Source: Octopus sinensis
Lineage: Eukaryota
Direction: 5' to 3'
DNA: 64,000 nucleotides
Assembly (NCBI RefSeq): GCF_006345805.1
Contig: NC_043023.1
Location: 17,856,001-17,920,000 of the forward strand
A model generated the notes under the pieces. It saw only the letters and a program-made list of their open reading frames with translations, did not search any database and was not told where the DNA came from. The translations under genes were made by a program, and so were the position numbers. Positions 1 to 10,400 of this stretch are shown here, one piece after another. Positions within the stretch are counted from its first letter, which is position 1, and every line of letters starts with the position of its first letter.

Positions 1-1163
1 TTCAGTGAAATTGCTCGGCGTCTGATTCGGTCCGAACGTCCAGGTAGAGAGAAGAACTGGGACGAGGTAGCGGACAGGGTAGCCAATAACACCCAGAAAT
101 GGGCTGTGAAAAAAAGCACTCCCTGAAAGGACGGCAGCAGAAGTATCGAATATATACATCGCATCCGTCCTCTTCTACCTCCTGGCCGTCGTTCCTTGCC
201 TTAATTCGGGCCTGAACAAACTGGAACAGTTATTTTTGCGCTTACTGTGGAAAGAACACTGCCCGCAGGCCAGGCGCTCTATCTACTGCCAACAGTCACT
301 GAATGGAGGGCTGGGAATGCCGTGGCTAAAGATGCGCAGACATGTGCTGAGGCTGCGACATCTCCAGCTTTACCTTGACGATGAGTAGATGTAGTCACCC
401 TTTCTCAGACTCGCTTTCCCACAGGTCGTCTCTTTCGACGAGCAGAACCCATGGATCAGTGGAGGTTCCACCTTGGCTTTCTATGGACATTTAGTAGCTA
501 ATATGTGCGATGTTATTCTCAGGGAGACTGCGTCGACGATAATGACTCGTTAGTCTGTTCCGGAGGATTTTCGGGCCAGGCTCCATGGATAACAACCATA
601 AATTCCTGGCCTGACGGTGCTACCGGAGGGCACTACCTGTTGATATAAACTATACAGGCACAAAAGGCGGACCAGCCCATGATGCAAACCAAGTGTTGAG
701 ACTTTTCTACACGCGCTCGTCCAGTGCCTAAAATTATCTGAATTGTGGTTTATGTTGAATACCTGCCGTCGCATTTTGGACGATCACAGATGTCAACTGA
801 GTCCATTATAAATATTGCTCCACCGTTTTCCTTTAACCGGGAAAGGCGGGCGGTTTTTCCCTGTCTAGTGGATATCGCACTGGAAGGAGGGGTAAACATT
901 GCATGAATAAATGGGCCTGACTCGAGCATATATATCTAGGCATTTTGTCCTAATTTTGAGGTTGTTTCGTGACTTGTGGGGTTTCCACGACCAACTCAAG
1001 AAACCTCCCCCTTTTGGGGAATTACTGTTGCTGAATATTTCTACATAATCTTTTAAAATCTTTTACTATTGTTAATTTTTTCGTACACGACTTTCATGTA
1101 TGTCCCCACCCGTATGTCCTCTACTGTTCCTCTATGTTGAGTTCTCAATGGCTGAAAAAAAAA
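1..1163 (+). mobile_element. Degraded 3' part of a Tx1/L1-clade non-LTR retrotransposon (element 1): post-RT region, zinc finger, 3' UTR, poly(A)
   Basis: Translation from nt 5 (VKLLGV*FGPNVQV..KNWDEVADRVA...GGLGMPWLKMRRHVLRLRHL...ETFLHALVQC...INGPD) aligns with the C-terminal half of the intact ORF2 at 53858-57292, with stops and frameshifts. The 3' UTR resembles those at 3238-3406 and 53574-53857. A9 run at 1155-1163. The 5' part lies outside the window. Confidence 0.9.
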
Positions 1164-3406
1164 CGTATTTCTTGCTGAACGGACTTGCTTATTTGCGCTC
1201 GGGAGGTTTTAATTTTCACTTTCACCAACTTTGTGAATATTTTGGACCTTTTAAGTCTTTAAAACTGAACCTACTTGACAGGGGAAGTTTCTTTGACCGT
1301 ACAAATTCGCCGTTTTGGGGGTGAATCTCAATCTGGAATTCAATCGTGTATTGGTTTAACTTTAAAACACAAACGACCTCCACCCACCAAATTTGGCAGT
1401 ACGAAAGAATGTTTCCCACTCTTCCGTGTCACAAACAAGAAGAAATTAAAATTTTGCAAATGAAAACACGAGCAACACCACATAGACAAGTTTTCAATGC
1501 CACCGCTACCACAACCAGTAACAGAATTGAACCCAGCGAAGAAACTAAGCAAAATAAATGCAACAGTCGCAGTTTCGCCGCTGTCGTGAAAGTCAATCAA
1601 GAGACAACATAAACGTTGGCAATTTACAGAAATATAAATGATCAACACAAAGAAACGGTAGAAATGTCTTATTAACACCACCATCCTTTTGATATTATAG
1701 AAGAACAGTTCGCAAACCTTACTCCTACAAGACTCTAACGATGAAAATAAATGAACAGGCTACAAAGGAAAAGTTGGAAAATGTTTGCAACCAGTCTAGA
1801 ACAAGATCGCATACATGGCAAGGGGAAGAACATATGGCCCTGTCGAAGTGAGGTCCACCACGGAAGACGAAGCAAGGTAACTCCCCACAGTACCTCTAAA
1901 GACAGAGGAACACGTGCTCTTACCGACTTACCTTGGTCGGTGATTTTCCAAAATAAAAATTGGTTAATTACCCCCATAATTCGACATTTTTGGTTAGTGG
2001 CGTCCGTCCTAATTGACAATGAAGTTAAAGCTGAGACTCTTCAAATACACAATTTACACTATCGTAATTGGTGGGGTCAAGGATCTTAGCTGTTAATTCA
2101 AGTAGACTATCAAACGCTCGGAATAATACCAGATCTCATCCACTTACCGGAAGGCGCAAAGCTGCATTTATCGGCGGGGGGTCGTAAACCAATTTGCTAT
2201 CTCTGCGGCAGAGGGACCACCTCAGAAACTTTTGCCCGGAGTGATCAGTTGGGAAACTTATCCTTCCACCAAAACCATTATCGCAGCATCACCAACAGTA
2301 GCAGAGGTAAACTACAGTAGAAGCAACACCACCTCCACTCAAAACAACAACGTCAACACAATGTATAGAAAATACAACAAAAATAATAGAAGAGAAAACA
2401 ACAACGAAAAACAAACCAGAAAGAGCAACAGTAACAGCAACAGCAACATGACCAATGGGAAGAATAGCAAACACAGCAAAAGCAACAGGACTGGCTGTGG
2501 AAAACACAGCAGAAACCACAACAACGGAACAAAAGAAAAATCAACAACAAAAATATCTCAAAAATAAGCCCTAAAAGGAACACCAAGAGAGACCGACCCA
2601 AGAGAGTTATCCCTTCTCGAGTTTGATTTGGAAATATGGAAAAAGATAAAAACGGACAGAGTGGAAAGAAGTTCCACAAAGAAAGAAAACGAAAGATGGA
2701 CACAACCACAGCACCTCTTCACAACAGAGACACTATCACACAACCTCTACCCATAACACCCACATTACCAACTCCACCAATACCACTCCCAGCATCACAC
2801 ACAGAACAGAAACCAACATTAGAAAGCATAATGAACCTTACTGAAATAAACACAAAAAATACACATACAAGAACACAGCGACATTACCGCAAGAAATGTT
2901 CTTTGTGCACCACCCAAAGAACCACTACACATACAGATCCTCAGCGTTTCAAATAACACGTTCATTGACATACAAGAAAGGTATCCCAATGCGGTGGGCA
3001 AATTTCAGAAAACTATAAGTAAAACTCTTCACATAAATCTGACCGTGAAAGAAGCCACAACCAGCCTGAGGAGTGAGAAAACCACTCACCCTCCCTTCAG
3101 TCAAAACAGTAAGTAGTTTTCGTTTTTTGGCGGGGTATAAATGTTGCAAGAAGAGCTCGAATGAATGGTTCTGACTTGAACATAATTTTTCTAAACAAAG
3201 ACATAGATTTTTGCCCTACAGATCAGGCATCTCTCTGGCTTGTGTGGTTTCCACGACCAGCCCAGGAAACTTACCCCTTTTAGGGAATTACTGCTGTCAG
3301 CATTTTACTATTCTTAATGTTATTCTACACGCTTTTATGTATGACGCTAACCGTATGTCCCGTATAATCTGTCTATGCTGAGCCCTTGTGGCTAATAAAG
3401 AAAAAA
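1164..3406 (+). mobile_element. Tx1-like element 2: 5' UTR, degraded ORF1, last ~20 codons of ORF2, 3' UTR (ORF2 almost entirely missing)
   Basis: ORF1 motifs SFAAVVK, WLVASVL, NWWGQG and GRKPIC match the other ORF1s here. ORF1 ends ...SQNSK* at 3116. A T-rich spacer is followed at ~3140 by NVARRARMNGSDLNI, equivalent to the ORF2 terminus VNCARLACINGPVLRF. The 3' UTR ends GCCCTTGTGGCTAATAAAGAAAAAA. The 5' boundary is approximate. Confidence 0.85.
1480..3116 (+). pseudogene. ORF1 (gag-like, CCHC zinc knuckle) of element 2, disrupted
   Basis: CYLCG-RDHLRNFC (CX2CX4HX4C, one frameshift) at 2195-2235, followed by N/T/K-rich low complexity. The C-terminus YPNAVGKFQKTISK...NSK* is homologous to FPNDVGSLGKSFSK...NSK* at 57333-57480. 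Start approximate. Confidence 0.8.
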
Positions 3407-3524
3407 TATTCTTGACCTACTCCACAGACGATTTGTTTATAGTAATCAAATGTTTGTGTACACATAAGCGTACTCCCTCCATGAAATCGATATTACCTGT
3501 TCAGGTGCACCGTATGCCACATGT

Positions 3525-3625
3525 CAGATGACGAAATGATCGCAGAGCAATGTGAAATGAAGTGCTTTGCTCTTGAACACAACGCAACGCCCGGCCTGAG
3601 AATCGAAGCCCTAATCACTATGCCA
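3525..3625 (-). mobile_element. SINE-like dispersed repeat fragment
   Basis: GATCGCAGAGCAATGTGAAATGAAGTGCTTTGCTCTTGAACACAACGCAACGCCCGG...GAATCGAA resembles an abundant tRNA-derived octopus SINE-type repeat (recognised from memory). Confidence 0.5.
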
Positions 3626-3660
3626 TGCACGTTCATACACACACACACATGTATACTACG

Positions 3661-3806
3661 GGTTTCTTCCAGTTTCCGTCAACCAAATCCACTCATATGG
3701 CTTTGATCACCCCATCAACCTAAGGTTATAGCAAAGACACTTTTTAATGTGCCACCCACGTATGTGGTTGGGAAGCAGAGTTCTTACCACTCAGCCACGC
3801 CAACGC
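3661..3806 (-). mobile_element. SINE-like dispersed repeat fragment
   Basis: CAGTTTCCGTCAACCAAATCCACTCA...ATGTGGTTGGGAAGCAGAGTTCTTACCACTCAGCCAC resembles a very common octopus SINE-type repeat (recognised from memory). Confidence 0.55.
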
Positions 3807-3818
3807 TTCTATATATAC

Positions 3819-3825
<7 letters not shown>

Positions 3826-3852
<27 letters not shown>
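3826..3852. repeat. (GT)n microsatellite
   Basis: Direct reading. Confidence 0.95.
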
Positions 3853-4130
3853 AGAAAGTTGAAAAGGAACACACGAGTTGATATATATGGTAAAAAATAT
3901 CAAGATGGAAAATGCTAAAATAATTTTATAAAACACATTTCAGTACCGGTTTCAGTCATTGAGACTTTTTCATCTGTAAGTATGGAAAAGAATTATATTT
4001 TGGAAAAATTAAAGGAATAGATTTTTAAAAGAATATTTGCATAGTGTTCAAATACAAGTGGCATTTTCTCCTCTCTCTGTCTCTCTTATTTACTCTTGTG
4101 GATTCGAGGTCGTTGTGAATTCTTGGTAGG

Positions 4131-4202
4131 GAAGAAGAAGAAGAAGAAGAAGAAGAAAGAAGAAGTAGAAGAAGAAGAAGAAGAAGATGAAGAAGAAGAA
4201 GA
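4131..4202. repeat. (GAA)n microsatellite, imperfect
   Basis: Direct reading. Confidence 0.95.
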
Positions 4203-4597
4203 AAAATGTGGGAGTGCCATGACAGCAGTATGTTAAATGGACAACTGCCCGGTGTTGATGTTAGTAGAATGGTCAAGTGACCCACTGTGGATGGTAGTTG
4301 TAATTGTTGAATTCCTGAAACATCTCTTTTGAATGCTTCGATTATAAAATTTGTGTAGGTGTTATTCTAAACAGCAATAGTGGTAAAGTTAGGAAGGAGA
4401 AGGAGGAAGACAAAGAAGAAGAAAGAGAAGGGAGAATAAGAAAGGAATGTAGGTAGTATTAAAGTAGTAAGGTGTTAAATAGTCAAATTACTTAAAATTG
4501 GCACGTTAAGGATTATAGCAGTGATTGGGACTGTTTTTAATGAATTCGTGGGAATCTATTGAGTGTATCATTTTTAATATTTGCGTGTGTATTTGTG

Positions 4598-5405
4598 TTA
4601 TTCTAAGGCCGTGGCGGATATATCGTTTGTTGTAGACGCGTTCAAAAGGGGTCTGTATTTTTCAATAAAGAGTGTTTCTTTACTGATTTGTTCCTTGTTG
4701 TAGCGTCCCTGAATTGGTAGAGGGGAAAAGTTCTGATTTTTGTTATTGGCGCAAATGTCTATGTGTTGGCTGAATGCAATTTTTCTGTTATGGGGAATTT
4801 TGATCTGGGATCTGTGCAGAGCCATTCTTCTACGTAGACTTTTTGTTTGGCCCATGTATTGTTCTTGACACCCAGATCAGGTTAGTACATATATCAGGTT
4901 CCCCGAAGCAAATTTGAAGTTGCTTTTCACTGTGAAACGTTGTCCCTGTTCCAAAGAGAACTCTGATCCCTCAATTAAATTGACGAATATCTCACAGTTA
5001 GGTCTTCCGCAGTTTTTCACTGACGGCTTCTGTGTTGTTGAGAGTATTCGAACTTGTGTTAGGAGACTTTTCATAGATTTGGGTTATCTCTTGCTTTTTA
5101 TGATGGTGTGTGTTTGGAGGATTAAGTTCATTCTGTCTATTTTTAGCAGGGGTATGCATTGGAGGATGGTGTCGAAGGCTTCATTGTTGAGAGGGTTGTG
5201 TGTGGAGATCTATGGTAGGGCTTTTGGTTGTAAATCATTCTTTAATTTAGGATGTCTGTGTTGCTGGATGTTGAGTTGAAGAGACTGTTGAAAGCATATG
5301 TCTATTAATGAAGGTGGGTAGTTCCTGGTGATGAGTCTATCCTTTATTTCATGTAGTCGTGTGTCTCCGGTGTTTGCATCTCTTATTATAAAAGGCAGAT
5401 TTTAT
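4598..5405 (-). mobile_element. Penelope-like element fragment: linker plus GIY-YIG endonuclease, pseudogenised, RT domain absent
   Basis: The minus strand reads ...RLHEIKDRLITRNYPPSLI...ISTHNPLNN...IIKSKR*PKSMKSLLT...NCGRPNC...FTVKSNFKFASGNLIYVLT*SGCQEQYMGQTKSLRRRMALHRSQI...KETLFIEKYRPLLN. This gives the IY/Y-G pair, the conserved R and H, the E-xx-FI motif and the PxLN motif of PLE GIY-YIG domains. Confidence 0.85.
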
Positions 5406-5782
5406 CTGCCTCCCTTTGGGAGTTATACAAATCTACAATATAGGATTTCTTCAATTACAATTTACCTAGCAATTTTAAGAGTACAATGCATCGCGTCATG
5501 CCAGGTCCAGTTTTTAAAATTTAAACTCCAATTAAGCAAAATTTACAGAAAACTCACATTCTGGTGTGTGTGTCAAATGCTTTTCTTAGTCTGGTTTACA
5601 CCACACGCAAACGCACACACACAGTGGGCAACGAATAAAGTGAAACTAGATGTAATATTTGTTTCTCTCTATCACGCTGATAGATACATGAGTAAAATGT
5701 ATGGGAAGCTAACACATAAGTGGGAGTGAAAATGTTCTTGGAAGAGAGTAAATAGCCAGAGATAGTGATTTGAGGAACACTC

Positions 5783-6127
5783 ATACATACATACATACAT
5801 ACATACATACACACACACACATACATACATACACACACACATACATACATACACACATACATACATACATATACATACATACATACACACACACACACAT
5901 ACACACACACACAGTATTGAAGCTTGAGAACAATCAGATACACTTGCAACACATCTGTTGAAAATATTATTGTTCACACACATACATATACATATATACA
6001 TACAAACAGACAGACAGATAGACACACACACACATGATCCAGCATGGCCACAACCTCAAGGCTGAAACATATAAAAGAATAACAGAATATAAATGTGTGC
6101 ATGTGTGTGAGAGAGAGAGTGTGTGTG

Positions 6128-6159
<32 letters not shown>

Positions 6160-6190
6160 TGTATGTATGTATGTATGTATATATATATAA
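5783..6190. repeat. Compound (ACAT)n/(AC)n and (GTAT)n/(GT)n microsatellites
   Basis: Direct reading. These tracts are the source of the spurious MYVC/HTYI ORFs. Confidence 0.95.
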
Positions 6191-6364
6191 TAATGCGGTT
6201 TTTTCAACAGCTTGAACTAAAAGTCAGAGGAGAATGGGATAAACTACTTATATTAACTTGCTATAAAAGCAGGTAGTAATTTTATCTTGTCCTTATTCAT
6301 AGTGCAAATTTTGAAGAGTGCATTTCGATTTTAACAGCTATTTTTTTCAAAGCTATATTGGAAC

Positions 6365-6622
6365 AGCCTAGAAGACGAGCCTCATCCTGAAAGATCTGTA
6401 GAACTCGACAAGGAAATCCTGAAAACCCTGGTGGAACAAAATCTCATCGTAACTGTTGAGGAACTAGCAGAGAAGCTTGGATTTGGTCATTCAACCATTC
6501 ATTGAGACCTGTGTGCTATCGGAAAAGTCAGCAAATTGGGTCAATGGGTTCCTTACGAACTTTCCGAGTCTAATTGCATGCAGAGAGTGAATGTATGCTT
6601 TTCTTTGCTGTCACATCTCACC
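6365..6622 (+). mobile_element. mariner transposase fragment (HTH region to WVPxEL)
   Basis: SLEDEPHPERSVELDKEILKTLVEQNLIVTVEELAEKLGFGHSTIH*DLCAIGKVSKLGQWVPYELSESNCMQRVNVC. WVPYEL corresponds to the mariner WVPHEL motif. Confidence 0.85.
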
Positions 6623-6640
6623 ACTACTGCGCTATGTATA

Positions 6641-7277
6641 TCTATATATATAAAACTGTAGTTGTGTGAGTGTCTGTCCCCTTCGATTTAGATTCCTAAC
6701 TACTCCCACATTTTGCGGTGCAGTTTAACCAAATTCGGGAAGCTTATAGTCGTGATTCATATCGAGCCCGTCTGAGTATTAGCGCGCGTCTACGATGAGT
6801 CTACGATTTTAAAAATAATTTAACATCATTTTTTATTCCATTTTAATGCATAATTTTTCGTGTGTCGATGGCGGCGGAGTTGGCGTCCACGCTCACAGCT
6901 GCACCTGTGGGGAAGGGAGTGTAAGGAAATCAACGTCGTAATGCGTTGTCAAGGAGACCAGCGTTCTTTTAGAACAACGACTTCATGGCTTGAAGACACC
7001 AAAACAAAAATGGCTAAGAAAGCGTCTACATGAGTCTACGATTTAAAAAAAAATTTACCATCGTTTTTTTTCCATTTTAATGCATTTTTTCGCTATTATA
7101 TAAGGGAAGTAACTCTCTAAAAATGTCTACGATGAGTCAACGATTTTTCAAAAAATTTACCATCATATTTTTTCCATTTTTAATGCATTTTTTGCTATTT
7201 TTGGGCTATAACTCTCTAAAAATGCTTATATAGTTATTTCCCTTACAAACCCGAGCAACGCCGGGCGATACTGCTAG
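6641..7277 (+). mobile_element. Non-autonomous Helitron (637 bp)
   Basis: Starts TC(TATATATATAAAA) after an A, ends CTAG before a T, with no TSD. Subterminal hairpin CCCG-AGCAACGC-CGGG at 7250-7265, 8 nt before the CTAG. Three internal imperfect repeats start near 6790, 7026 and 7127. Confidence 0.8.
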
Positions 7278-7351
7278 TTAGAAACTATAGTACATACCCC
7301 TTTTGCTAGGTTGAAGAGAATATAGTATATATATGTTATAGTATATATCTG

Positions 7352-7451
7352 NNNNNNNNNNNNNNNNNNNNNNNNNNNNNNNNNNNNNNNNNNNNNNNNN
7401 NNNNNNNNNNNNNNNNNNNNNNNNNNNNNNNNNNNNNNNNNNNNNNNNNNN
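7352..7451. other. Assembly gap (100 N)
   Basis: Run of N. True size unknown, so adjacency of the flanks and the full satellite length are uncertain. Confidence 0.99.
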
Positions 7452-10400
7452 AAATGTAGCTGTGTCTGCTGCTAAAATTATCGAAGGTTCGCCTTCAAAT
7501 GTAGCTGTGTCTGCATGCTTCAATTATTGAAGGTTCGCCTTCAATGTAGCTGTGTTCTGCAGCTAAAATTACTGAAAGGTTCGCCTTCAAATGTAGCTGT
7601 GTCTGCTGCTAAAATTATCGAAGGTTCGCCTTCAAATGTAGCTGTGTCTGCTGCTAAAATTATTGAAGGTTCGCCTTCAAATGTAGCTGTGTCTGTTGCT
7701 AAATTTATTGAAGGTTCGCCTTGAAATGTAGCTGTGTCTGCAGCTAAAATTATTGAAGGTTCGCCTTCAAATGTAGCTGTGTCTGCTGCTAAAATTATTG
7801 AAGGTTCGCCTTCAAATGTAGCTGTGTCTGCAGCTAAAATTATTGAGGTTCGCCTTCAAATGTAGCGTGTCTGCAGCTAAAATTATTGAAGGTTCGCCTT
7901 CAAATGTAGCTGTGTCTGCTGCTAAAATTATTGAAGGTTCGCCTTCAAGTGTAGCTGTGTCTGCTGCTAAAATTATTGAAGGTTCGCCTTCAAATGTAGC
8001 TGTGTCTGCAGCTAAAATTATTGAAGGTTCGCCTTCAAGTGTAGCTGTGTCTGCTGCTAAAATTATTGAAGGTTCGCCTTCAAATATAGCTGTGTCTGCA
8101 GCTAAAATTATTGAAGGTTCGCCTTCAAATGTAGCTGTGTCTGCTGCTAAAATTATCGAAGGTTCGCCTTCAAATGTAGCTGTGTCTGCTGCTAAAATTA
8201 TTGAAGGTTCGCCTCAAATGTAGCTGTGTCTGCAGCTAAAATTATTGAAGGTTCGCCTTCAATGTAGCTGTGTCTGCAGCTAAAATTATTGAAGGATCGC
8301 CTTTCAAATGTAGCTGTGTCTGCAGCTAAAATTATTGAAGGTTCGCCTTCAAATGAAGCTGTGTCTGCAGCTAAAATTATTGAAGGTTCGCCTTCAAATG
8401 TAGCTGTGTCTGCAGCTAAAATATTGAAGGTCCGCCTTCAAATGTAGCTGTGTCTGCAGCTAAAATTATTGAAGTTTCGCCTTCAAATGTAGCTGTGTCT
8501 GCAGCTAAAATTATTGAAGGTTCGCCTTCAAATGTAGCTGTGTCTGCAGCTAAAATTATTGAAGGTTCGCCTTCAAATGTAGCTGTGTCTGCAGCTACAA
8601 TTATTGAAGTTCGCCTTCAATGTAGCTGTGTCTGCAGCTAAAATTATTGAAGGTTCGCCTTCAAATGTAGCTGTGTCTGCAGCTAAAATTATTGAAGGTT
8701 CGCCTTCAAGTGTAGCTGTGTCTGCTGCTAAAATTATTGAAGGTTCGCCTTCAAATGTAGCTGTGTCTGCAGCTAAAATTATTGAAGGTTCGCCTTCAAA
8801 TGTAGCTGTGTCTGCAGCTAAAATTATTGAAGGTTCGCCTTCAAATGTAGCTGTGTCTGCAGCTAAAATTATTGAAGGTTCGCCTTCAAATGTAGCTGTG
8901 TCTGCAGCTAAAATTATTGAAGTTTCGCCTTCAAGTGTAGCTGTGTCTGCTGCTAAAATTATGAATGTTCGCCTTCAAATGTAGCTGTGTCTGCAGCTAA
9001 AATTATTGAAGGTTCGCATTCAAATGTAGCTGTGTCTGCAAAATTATTGAAGGTTCGTCTTCAAATGTAGCTGTGTCTGCAGCTAAAATTATTGAAGGTT
9101 CGCCTTCAAATGTAGCTGTGTCTGCAGCTAAAATTATTGAAGGTTCGCCTTCAAATGTTGCTGTGTCTGCAGCTAAAATTATTGAAGGTTCGCCTTCAAA
9201 TGTAGCTGTGTCTGCAGCTAAAATTATTGAAGGTTCGCCTTCAAATGTAGCTGTGTCTGCAGCTAAAATTTGAAAGTTCGCCTTCAAATGTAGCTGTGTC
9301 TGCTGCTAAAATTATTGAAGGTTCGCCTTCAAATGTAGCTGTTTCTGCTGCTAAAATTATTGAAGGTTCGCCTTCAAATGTAGCTGTGTCTGCTGCTAAA
9401 ATTATTGAAGGTTCGCCTTCAAATGTAGCTTTGTCTGCTGCTAAAATTATTGAAGGTTCGCCTTCAAATGTAGCTGTGTCTGCAGCTAAAATTATTGAAG
9501 GTTCGCCTTCAAATGTAGCTGTGTCTGCTGCTAAAGTTATTGAAGGTTCGCCTTCAAATGTAGCTGTGTCTGCTGCTAAAATTATTGAAGGTTCGCCTTC
9601 AAATGTAGCTGTGTCTGCTGCTAAAGTTATTGAAGGTTCGCCTTCAAATGTAGCTGTGTCTGCAGCTAAAGTTATTGAAGGTTCGCCTTCAAATGTAGCT
9701 GTGTCTGCTGCTAAAATTATTGAAGGTTCGCCTTCAAATGTAGCTGTGTCTGCAGCTAAAGTTATTGAAGGTTCGCCTTCAAATGTAGCTGTGTCTGCTG
9801 CTAAAGTATTGAAGGTTCGCCTTCAAATGTAGCTGTGTCTGCTGCTAAAATTATTGAAGGTTCGCCTTCAATGTAGCTGTGTCTGCTGCTAAAATATTGA
9901 AGGTTCGCCTTCAAATGTAGCTGTGTCTGCTGCTAAAGTTATTGAGGTTCGCCTTCAAATGTAGCTGTGTCTGCTGCTAAAGTTATTGAAGGTTCGCCTT
10001 CAAATGTAGCTGTGTCTGCTGCTAAAATTATTGAAGGTTCGCCTTCAATGTAGCTGTGTCTGCTGCTAAAATATTGAAGGTTCGCCTTCAAATGTAGCTG
10101 TGTCTGCAGCTAAAATTATTGAAGGTTCGCCTTCAAGTGTAGCTGTGTCTGCAGCTAAAATATTGAAGGTTCGCCTCAAATGTAGCTGTGTCTGCAGCTA
10201 AAATTATTGAAGGTTCGCCTTCAAGTGTAGAGCTGTGTCTGCAGCTAAAATTATTGAAGGTTCGCCTTCAAATGTAGCTGTGTCAGCTGCTAAAATTATT
10301 GAAGGTTCGCCTTCAAATGTAGCTGTGTCTGCAGCTAAAATTATTGAAGGTTCGCCCTCAAGTGTAGCTGTGTCTGCAGCTAAAATTATTGAAGGTTCGC

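Noticed and set aside
3525-3806. tRNA genes in the SINE-like pieces (also 42477, 47140, 52933)
   Set aside because: Only degenerate B-box-like remnants; no complete cloverleaf.
5596-6276. MYVC-, HTYI-rich ORFs, and likewise the poly-K/R/E/S/F ORFs at 4025, 43503, 47914, 50844 and 53382
   Set aside because: Translations of microsatellites.
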